From NCBI GenBank assembly GCA_039802605.1, contig JBDRWW010000010.1, positions 1 through 45,571 on the forward strand: a stretch of 45,571 nucleotides of DNA, written 5' to 3'. The notes beneath the pieces are model-generated. The model was given only the letters and a program-made list of their open reading frames with translations, did not search any database and was not told the origin of the DNA. Positions 10,483-17,841 of this stretch are shown one piece after another. Position numbers and translations under genes: made by a program. This DNA is from a candidate division WOR-3 bacterium. GTDB taxonomy: Bacteria > Hydrothermota > Hydrothermia > LBFQ01. Numbering within the stretch: the first letter of the stretch is position 1; every line of letters begins with the position of its first letter.

Positions 10483-11329
10483 GATAGAAATAAACCTCCT
10501 CTAATGTGGGTTTAACGCTTTGCCAATCCGCGCCGAGATTTTCGTCGGAATATATGGTTATGTAAGCTTTACCACCCCTAAGGAAAAAGTTTAAAACCCT
10601 ACATTTTTGAAACATTTCTTCGGCTTCTTTTTTATCAATTTGTTTTTGAAATACCTTCCCATCTATGGATTTTATTAAACCTTCCGGATTTCCTTTAACC
10701 ACTATTTCACCATTATTTATTATAGCAACTTCATCGCATAAGTCTTCAACATCCCCAACTATATGCGTGGAAAGTATTACAACCCTATCTTCCGCTATAT
10801 CGGATAAAAGGTTTAAAAATCTCCTCCTTTCGGACGGGTCTAAACCCGCCGTTGGCTCATCCACTATAAGTATTTCCGGATTCCCGAGTAAAGCAACCGC
10901 TATACCAAATCTCTTTTTCATTCCACCAGAATATTCACCGAGTTTCCTCTTCCTATCATTCCACAAATTCACAACATGCAAAACATAATCAACAACTTTT
11001 TTCCTATCATTACCACTATAACCCTTTAAAGCCGCAAAATGAGAAAGCATATCATAAGCGGAAATATTTGAATAAACCCCAAATTCTTGCGGTAAATAAC
11101 CCAAAACCCTTTTAAACTTTAAAGGTTCCTTAAACACATTTATATCCTTCCAATAGACCTCGCCTTCATCTGGATCAAGGAGTGTGGCTATAATCCTCAT
11201 TAAAGTGGTTTTTCCCGCACCGTTAGGACCCAAAAGCCCAAACATTCCGGAACTTATCGCAAACGAAACCTCCTTTAAAGCCTTAACTCCTCCGGGATAA
11301 GTTTTACTCAAATTGACAACCCGTAGCAT
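10460..11329 (-). CDS. ABC transporter ATP-binding protein
   Basis: GPNGAGKTT, YSGGM, LIVDEP, STH. Confidence 0.95.
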   Translation of the reverse strand: MLRVVNLSKTYPGGVKALKEVSFAISSGMFGLLGPNGAGKTTLMRIIATLLDPDEGEVYWKDINVFKEPLKFKRVLGYLPQEFGVYSNISAYDMLSHFAALKGYSGNDRKKVVDYVLHVVNLWNDRKRKLGEYSGGMKKRFGIAVALLGNPEILIVDEPTAGLDPSERRRFLNLLSDIAEDRVVILSTHIVGDVEDLCDEVAIINNGEIVVKGNPEGLIKSIDGKVFQKQIDKKEAEEMFQKCRVLNFFLRGGKAYITIYSDENLGADWQSVKPTLEEVYFYHVGYHTI

Positions 11330-11444
11330 AAGGGGTTATTGTAAGGGTGAAGAATAAATACAGTTTTAAAAAGCCCTTCACATCCGGTATCGTAAAGTTA
11401 AACTAATAAAAATAATTTTTTAAGTCAATTTTTAAAGATTTTGA

Positions 11445-11459
11445 CTTTGTAATACAAAG
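11445..11459. promoter_or_regulatory. Candidate operator, perfect 7-1-7 inverted repeat
   Basis: CTTTGTA-A-TACAAAG upstream of TATAAT 11473-11478, at the head of an operon ending in a wHTH regulator. Confidence 0.55.
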
Positions 11460-11486
11460 CACTTTGCAACTATATAATACTTTCTT

Positions 11487-12056
11487 GTGAAAAACTTCTG
11501 GCCATGGCTTGTAGCCTTGGGTACACCCATAGGGATTATATTAATATTCACATTGGCATACACATTTATGTACTCCGCGAGAATTCCCCAAGATAGGATA
11601 CACGAGGTTATTTCCAGTTGGGCGATTGTGCTTATAGGTATAAACATCGCTATCTGGACGGTAATATCCGTTTGGAGGATTAAGGAAGACTTAACCTTTA
11701 ACCCCTTTCAATGGAAGGGATACAACGAACTCGTGGCATTTCTCGTAGCGTTTTTAGGACTTCACATATTGGGAATAATTCGCCGACTATTAGATTTAGA
11801 AATCCCCAATCCTGTGAATTTTAGTTTTCCAATCGGCTTCTTATCTTTTATATGGGCCTTTGAGGAAGTGATTTTTAGGGCTTATGTATTTAACGCTTTT
11901 GGGGGTATTTTGGGATATATAATTTCCACCATATCCTTCGGACTCCACCATATTGGCGCGAGCTTCCAATACTTTTTATATGCATCAATTGGGGGTTTGA
12001 TTCTCGGAGGTATATATTGGAAAACTGAGGCTTTTTGGGGCGTGTTTTTTGCATAA
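11487..12056 (+). CDS. CPBP (CAAX/Abi) intramembrane metalloprotease, C-terminus possibly truncated
   Basis: EEVIFR and FGLHH present; the final HxxxN motif is absent. Confidence 0.75.
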   Translation: MKNFWPWLVALGTPIGIILIFTLAYTFMYSARIPQDRIHEVISSWAIVLIGINIAIWTVISVWRIKEDLTFNPFQWKGYNELVAFLVAFLGLHILGIIRRLLDLEIPNPVNFSFPIGFLSFIWAFEEVIFRAYVFNAFGGILGYIISTISFGLHHIGASFQYFLYASIGGLILGGIYWKTEAFWGVFFA

Positions 12057-12068
12057 GGAGGTGCGACC

Positions 12069-12686
12069 ATGAAAAGGGCGACCTTATTAATTGTATTAGG
12101 CATAAGCCCGCTTTTTGCGGGTGGCGGATTTGGGTATTGGTTGGCGGGTTTGGGATACGGCGAAGTTCCCGCTGTGAGCGGGTATCCCTCACCGAAAAAT
12201 TACGGGTTAATGTGGGGAGGGGAAGGTTATGGCATATGGAATAAATTCATATTCGGTGGGGGTGGATATGGGATTAACGGGTTTTCATCCGAGGGCAGTG
12301 GGTTCGCATCATCATCCGGTATATGGGCGGGATACTTCTCTCTTGGATACGCGATATTAAAAAGCGAAAAAATCCTACTGTTCCCATCCGTACGCATAGG
12401 TGGTGGTGGTTATAATTTGGAAATTAGGGAGATAAAATCGGGTTCTTATAACGACTTTATACAAAATCCACCGAAATACATACTTATTTCCTCAGCGGGA
12501 TGGTATGGCGGCTTATCTTTGGGATTTATGTATAGAACACCCGTACTTTTGGGGTTAAACGCGGGTATAGGCTATGTCTTTTACGCGGGGTATTACATAA
12601 ACGAAAATGAGGTTCGTAATTCTCCGGAATACAAAAAACCCGCTATGTGGATGAACCTTATAATAGGAGGAGGCTATTGGAAGTGA
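12069..12686 (+). CDS. Hypothetical exported Gly/aromatic-rich protein, probable outer-membrane beta-barrel
   Basis: Signal peptide MKRATLLIVLGISPLFA; alternating beta-strand pattern; SD AAGGAGG. Confidence 0.55.
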   Translation: MKRATLLIVLGISPLFAGGGFGYWLAGLGYGEVPAVSGYPSPKNYGLMWGGEGYGIWNKFIFGGGGYGINGFSSEGSGFASSSGIWAGYFSLGYAILKSEKILLFPSVRIGGGGYNLEIREIKSGSYNDFIQNPPKYILISSAGWYGGLSLGFMYRTPVLLGLNAGIGYVFYAGYYINENEVRNSPEYKKPAMWMNLIIGGGYWK

Positions 12687-13372
12687 ATAGGGATGATTTG
12701 AAAAGGGTTATTGAGGAGATAGATGTTTTACTCCTTTTGGCCGAAAGGGGTAGGAAGGAAAGGAAATTCTTCGCTTGGCAGATGTTTATATGGGGTATGT
12801 ATGGGTTTATAAACTTGCTATTTACACTCTTTAACATCCAAGAGAAGATACCGGGAACGCTCTGGTTCCATACGGTTTTTGTGGCATTTTTCCTAAGTAC
12901 AATAACCGTGGCGGGTCTAAAAGCATCCCTCTTGTGGTTCCCCGGATATGTATTAACGGTTTTGGTCTCGTACTTTAAAAACCCCACATTAACGGTTTCG
13001 TTTATGGTGTTTATAATAGCGATACTATCCGCAATAATATATGGTAAGTTGTCAAAATGGGAAAGTCGCAAACCGTCTTTAACCGCATACATAGGTATAT
13101 TCTGGGGGTTAATTTTTGGGTCCTTTTGGTTTAACATAGCGGTTTTAAACTTGGATTTCGGTGCGTACTTCAATGCCTGGATAGCTCAGCTGTTTTCTGC
13201 GTGTATATTCATAAGCGGTGTTATAATGAGGGTTCTTATGATTTTCGGTGTAATTCTCCTTTTCGCCTTTCCCATACTCCTAAAAATGGGCGATTTTGCA
13301 TACTTAACAGGTTATACGATTTCTGCCCTTGTCTTATCATCAACGGGATTATTCTACTATCTTAAACGGTGA
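12683..13372 (+). CDS. Hypothetical multi-pass membrane protein
   Basis: GTG start overlaps the previous TGA, SD AGGAGG upstream; 7-8 hydrophobic segments. Confidence 0.7.
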   Translation: MNRDDLKRVIEEIDVLLLLAERGRKERKFFAWQMFIWGMYGFINLLFTLFNIQEKIPGTLWFHTVFVAFFLSTITVAGLKASLLWFPGYVLTVLVSYFKNPTLTVSFMVFIIAILSAIIYGKLSKWESRKPSLTAYIGIFWGLIFGSFWFNIAVLNLDFGAYFNAWIAQLFSACIFISGVIMRVLMIFGVILLFAFPILLKMGDFAYLTGYTISALVLSSTGLFYYLKR

Positions 13373-13662
13373 TAGAAAAGTTAGACCCAATAATACACAA
13401 CAGGGTTAGGGTTGGGATATTGGCCCTTCTGTTTAAATATGGGCGAATGGAATTTAAGGAGATAAGGGACAGCTTAGGCTTAACCGATGGGAACTTGGCT
13501 TCTCACCTTAGGATACTTGAGAAGGAAAACATAGTCAGGTACATAAAGACATTTAAAGGGAGAAAACCCGCAACATATTACGAATTGACGGAAGAGGGTA
13601 AAAAAAGGTTTGAAAACTATCTGAAAACCATAAGAAAACTCCTAGAAGATTTGGAAAAGTAG
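13369..13662 (+). CDS. Winged-helix transcriptional regulator (ArsR/MarR-like)
   Basis: LDPIIHNRVRVGIL, LTDGNLASHLRILE, YELTEEG. Confidence 0.88.
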   Translation: MIEKLDPIIHNRVRVGILALLFKYGRMEFKEIRDSLGLTDGNLASHLRILEKENIVRYIKTFKGRKPATYYELTEEGKKRFENYLKTIRKLLEDLEK

Positions 13663-13686
13663 GGGGTGTGCTAAGCAGGAAAATGC

Positions 13687-14653
13687 TCACCTTATTAAAA
13701 TTTTATAAGCCTTCCCGTTTAATACGATAAAATATACCCCCTTTCTCGGCACCCTCACAAAACCTTTATCCTTTATATAAGCTTCTAAAACCTTTCTCCC
13801 TGAGGATGAAAACATTTGCAATCTTTGTTTCCCATAGTTTTCTATATATACCCATTCCCCCCTAACTTCCACATTAACCCGTTTTTTAATGGGTTGTTCG
13901 TTTATACCGGTGCCGGCATAGGTTCGGCTGTATATACTGGGCATGACCTCACGGGGATATACCAGGGTATCAACGGTTGAAGTCCTCGTATGATAAATGT
14001 AATCGTATGTGGTATAACCAACGGAATCAACCGAGTAGAGGATATATCCAATACCCGCAACATAAACGAATTTCACATAATCCGCCATAAGGTATTCGCG
14101 GTGTAAGAGTATTAGGGTATCTCCCAAGGTGGTATCTATGGATACGGTATCGTATTTTGGCAACTTTACACGCCTGTATATGGAATCCGAATAAGTTATA
14201 ACCGTATCCCCGTTTATGTATATGGTGCGCATTGTTGAAGGGTAAATATAAATGCTGTCGTAATACCCATCAATGTCAAAATCCCCATAGGAAAACCATT
14301 GCATAAGGGGGACACTACATGTATTCTCCAACGGTGGGCGGGAATTTTAAGCCCCTTATACCCATATAATTCATCATCAAACTGTACATATCCCTCCCGT
14401 GGTTTTCTACGAGATATGTTCCGTCAAAGTATGCTATAACGGTATCTCCCGGTGGGATGTGATAGTTCATACTGTATATAACGGCCCTATTTACGGGTGT
14501 AGAAAAATAACACCTTGAACCCGAACCATCCCATGTATCAACAACCGCCACACTATCCACATCAAATCCATATACCATACCCCCCAAGTTATAAACCTTT
14601 GCCACACCCGGGAAATATCCCGCAAAAGATAGGTCGGATATTAACCAAAGCAT
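13687..14653 (-). pseudogene. Frameshifted T9SS-tailed protein (ORFs 14315-14653 and 13687-14331)
   Basis: 17-nt overlap; removing one base near 14325 joins LKFPPTVG to DTCSVPLMQW; tail MFSSSGRKV...KGVYFIVLNGKAYKILIR. Confidence 0.6.
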
Positions 14654-14654
14654 C

Positions 14655-15368
14655 TTAAAAACCTCCTTTTATCCACCTTAAACCCTTCATGGTTTGTATT
14701 GCAACATTGAAGGTTATGCTGTCTGGTGTTATGCTTGCTATTCTTATCTTCCCAAAAAAGTCGTTTATATCAATGCTTCCGTTATCGTCAAACCATAGAG
14801 CATAGGCTTTGGAAGGTAAAACCTTTAATGTATCGTAATATTGCGATACATCGGGGGCTATATAGGAAGTAATTTCGGATGAAATTTTACACCAACCGGA
14901 TGTCCCGTTTAAAGAAACCACCATAACCGTGTCGTTCATTTTTATAAACTTGAAACCCTTATATCCCGTTGGAACAGAATTTCCTGAAAATACGACATAT
15001 CCCAAGTCTTTAAACGCAACCGCGTTATTACAGGTATCGTAAAGGCAAAGGTTAAAGGTGTATAACTCCATAGGTCTTAATACGGTTCCCCCGTCGTTGT
15101 TTCCCCTTGCATCCATATAAAGTATCTCAACGGTTTCATAAGGCTCGGAGATTTCCAAGGTGTATGTGGTATCGCTCATAACCGGTGAGGAGTATATTCC
15201 CGTTCCATCTCCCCTTAGGATTATTTCCCCGGATTCGTCGGAATTCTCTACACTATAACTAACCACCAACCTCGTGCCATCGGTTGATGGCCTTCCCCAA
15301 AAGGATAACCTTGGTACCTTGGGGACACATGCCAAGATCACCAGAGAAACCAAAGCCAACCTTTTCAT
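14655..15368 (-). CDS. Hypothetical lipoprotein
   Basis: MKRLALVSLVILAC lipobox; SD AAGGAGG. Confidence 0.7.
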   Translation of the reverse strand: MKRLALVSLVILACVPKVPRLSFWGRPSTDGTRLVVSYSVENSDESGEIILRGDGTGIYSSPVMSDTTYTLEISEPYETVEILYMDARGNNDGGTVLRPMELYTFNLCLYDTCNNAVAFKDLGYVVFSGNSVPTGYKGFKFIKMNDTVMVVSLNGTSGWCKISSEITSYIAPDVSQYYDTLKVLPSKAYALWFDDNGSIDINDFFGKIRIASITPDSITFNVAIQTMKGLRWIKGGF

Positions 15369-15583
15369 TTTAAAACCTCCTTTTTTATATTCCCGTTAAT
15401 AAAAATAAAATAAACACCAACCTGCCCGATGGATCAAAGATTTTTACGGGGATGGGCTCGCTATCCGGATACCCCTTACCAACCATAAGCAAGAAGACTA
15501 GCAAGAATTTGAGAGAATTTGAGGAGAGACCCAGAAACCTTAAACCTACGGCCAAGAATCCGATTTAAGGTTATCGTTAACAT
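15365..15583 (-). pseudogene. Collapsed remnant of a T9SS-tailed gene
   Basis: TATAAT plus ATG at 15583; fragments PVKIFDPSGRLV and GVYFIFINGNIKKEVLK* in different frames; TGA overlaps the next ATG. Confidence 0.6.
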
Positions 15584-15612
15584 AAGAATGTATTATAAGG
15601 GTGAGAGTCTTA

Positions 15613-17064
15613 TTACGGATACACCTTACCCTTTACCAACGACCAGAGTTCCACAAATTCCCTTCTAATACGAAATGCGTCATCCGTTTTATAACTTTCA
15701 ACAGCTCCTTTTATTTCCTCTGGTAATTCGTATTTTTCCGATTTGTACCTTTCCAAAATCTCACCAACCGTATGCGTGTATGTTTTTCCCGTTTTAAACT
15801 CATCGCTTTCAAGGAGGTATATTAAAAAGTGTTGGTTTGTTTTTGGACCTATGAAAAGGGTTTCTTCCAATGCGTTTATCAATTTTTTCCTAGCCTGCTC
15901 TCTATCCGGAGCATATGATATTATTTTTGCTATCATGGGGTCGTATAACGGTGTTATTTCCGTCCCTTCATTTATACCGGTATCAACCCTAATGCCTGGT
16001 ATATGCGGGAATTCAAGGGCTAAAACCCTTCCGGAAGATGGTAAAAAGTTGTTTTCGGGGTCTTCGGCGTAAAGCCTAACCTCAATTGCATGCCCCCTCT
16101 TAACGATATTTTCAAGTTTTAACATATTACCCCGTGCAACCTCAACCTGCAACCTTACCAAATCTAAACCCGTAACCATTTCCGTAACCGGGTGTTCCAC
16201 TTGTAGGCGGGCATTAACTTCCAAAAAATAAACATCTCCGTTTTCGGAAACTATAAACTCGCATGTCCCCGCGTTTTCGTAATTAACCCCTTTCCCTATT
16301 CTTATCGCATAATCGTAGAGTATTTGCCTTATGTTTTCGTCTATGCCGATAGATGGGCTTTCCTCAACTATCTTTTGGTGTCTCCTCTGTAAAGAGCATT
16401 CCCTTTCACCCAAGACAAAAACATTGCCGTATTTATCACCGATTATTTGAACTTCAACATGCCTTGCGGGGAAAACATACTTTTCCGCAATTAGCCTCTT
16501 ATCCCCAAAGGCGGAAAATGCCTCCCTTTGTGCGGATAATATTAACTCCTTTAAGTTTTCCTCGCTTTGAATCAACTTCATACCCTTACCACCCCCACCA
16601 CCCACCGCCTTTAACAAAACCGGGAAACCCATATTTAATATACCTTCGTATATCTCATCCGGATCTTCCGATGGGGGTAAGCCGGGAACCGTTGGCACAC
16701 CAACCTTTTGGGCTATCTCCTTTGATTTTGCCTTATCCCCAACCAATTCCATTGATAAAGGCCTAGGCCCTATGAATTCCAAACCCGCATCAAGAACCGC
16801 TTGTGCAAACCTTGGATTTTCGGCCAAAAAGCCGTAGCCGGGGTGTACGGCATCGCAACCGGATTTAACCGCTACTTTTACGATTTCATCTATGTTTAAA
16901 TAACTATCAACCGGATAGGCTTCATCCATCACATACACAAAAGGCCAATCTTCGTCGGCCTTTGTAAAAATCCCAACGGTTTTTATATCCAATTCCTTCA
17001 ATGTTCTCGCAACCCTTATTGCTATCTCACCCCTGTTTGCTATGAGAACTTTTTTAATTCCCAT
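15613..17064 (-). CDS. Biotin carboxylase subunit of an acyl-CoA carboxylase, no biotin carrier domain
   Basis: LIANRGEIA, HPGYGFLAEN, GGGGKGM, RECSLQRRHQK, EVNARLQVEH, YDPMIAK. Confidence 0.93.
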   Translation of the reverse strand: MGIKKVLIANRGEIAIRVARTLKELDIKTVGIFTKADEDWPFVYVMDEAYPVDSYLNIDEIVKVAVKSGCDAVHPGYGFLAENPRFAQAVLDAGLEFIGPRPLSMELVGDKAKSKEIAQKVGVPTVPGLPPSEDPDEIYEGILNMGFPVLLKAVGGGGGKGMKLIQSEENLKELILSAQREAFSAFGDKRLIAEKYVFPARHVEVQIIGDKYGNVFVLGERECSLQRRHQKIVEESPSIGIDENIRQILYDYAIRIGKGVNYENAGTCEFIVSENGDVYFLEVNARLQVEHPVTEMVTGLDLVRLQVEVARGNMLKLENIVKRGHAIEVRLYAEDPENNFLPSSGRVLALEFPHIPGIRVDTGINEGTEITPLYDPMIAKIISYAPDREQARKKLINALEETLFIGPKTNQHFLIYLLESDEFKTGKTYTHTVGEILERYKSEKYELPEEIKGAVESYKTDDAFRIRREFVELWSLVKGKVYP

Positions 17065-17551
17065 AAATATCCTTTAAATCGTAGTATGTCTCCTCATACT
17101 TTTCAACGAACTTTTCGGGTTCTTTCAGGATTTCTTCAACCTTTTCCGTTGAGAGGTTTTTAATTGGTGTCCCGTTTATCAGTGCGGCCGGGGCGTAATC
17201 GCATAAACCTATGCATTCAACCTCCTCATATGTAAAGTTTTCATTCCCTTCACCCAGTTTCTCCCTCAGAATTTTCAAAATCCTATAAGCCCCCGCCTCC
17301 ATACAGCTCAAATTCGTACATAGGTGTATATGGTATTTTCCGGGCTTTTCCTTATGGAACATGTGGTAAAAGGATGCAACGCTCATTATTTGGTCTTCGG
17401 AATAACCGAGTACCTCTTCTATCGTTTTTATACCTTCGGGATGCAAATAACCGTATTCGTTTTGAACCTCATGCAGGGCCGCGATCAATGCGGTATCGCC
17501 TTTTGGGAATAGTTTTTTAACAAATTCTATTTTTTCCTTCAAGTTTGCCAT
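17054..17551 (-). CDS. nuoE: NuoE-like 2Fe-2S thioredoxin-fold subunit
   Basis: VASFYHMF, CTNLSC, CIGLCDYAP. Confidence 0.85.
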   Translation of the reverse strand: MANLKEKIEFVKKLFPKGDTALIAALHEVQNEYGYLHPEGIKTIEEVLGYSEDQIMSVASFYHMFHKEKPGKYHIHLCTNLSCMEAGAYRILKILREKLGEGNENFTYEEVECIGLCDYAPAALINGTPIKNLSTEKVEEILKEPEKFVEKYEETYYDLKDIYGN

Positions 17552-17555
17552 TGCC

Positions 17556-17631
17556 GGTATTTTAAGGTGGTAGGGTTTTTAAAATCGGTATCTTTTTCAC
17601 CGGCTACAAAATCCCAAAACTCTTCCGCTAT
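17556..17631. repeat. 76-bp direct repeat, copy A
   Basis: 75/76 identical to 23360-23435; contains the minus-strand -10 box TAAAAT. Confidence 0.97.
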
Positions 17632-17728
17632 TATTGTATCGCCGGGTTTAAAAATCTTTTTAAAAAAACCTCCACAAGCTGGGGGATAAATTTCCCCAAA
17701 TATGGACGTAATCTATCGTTTCCCAATA
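17632..17728 (-). pseudogene. Degenerate fragments of the type II MTase gene
   Basis: 17632-17716 matches 25064-25149 (4 substitutions, 1 indel); 17717-17728 matches 25198-25209. Confidence 0.93.
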
Positions 17729-17841
17729 GCTTATTGTTTAACTAGCTCCTTCCATTTCCTCCATACAACATAATCAAAAATCTCATAAGTGTCATATCCA
17801 GCCTTAGCTATAACTTTTGCTCTCAGCTACCTTCTTTTATG

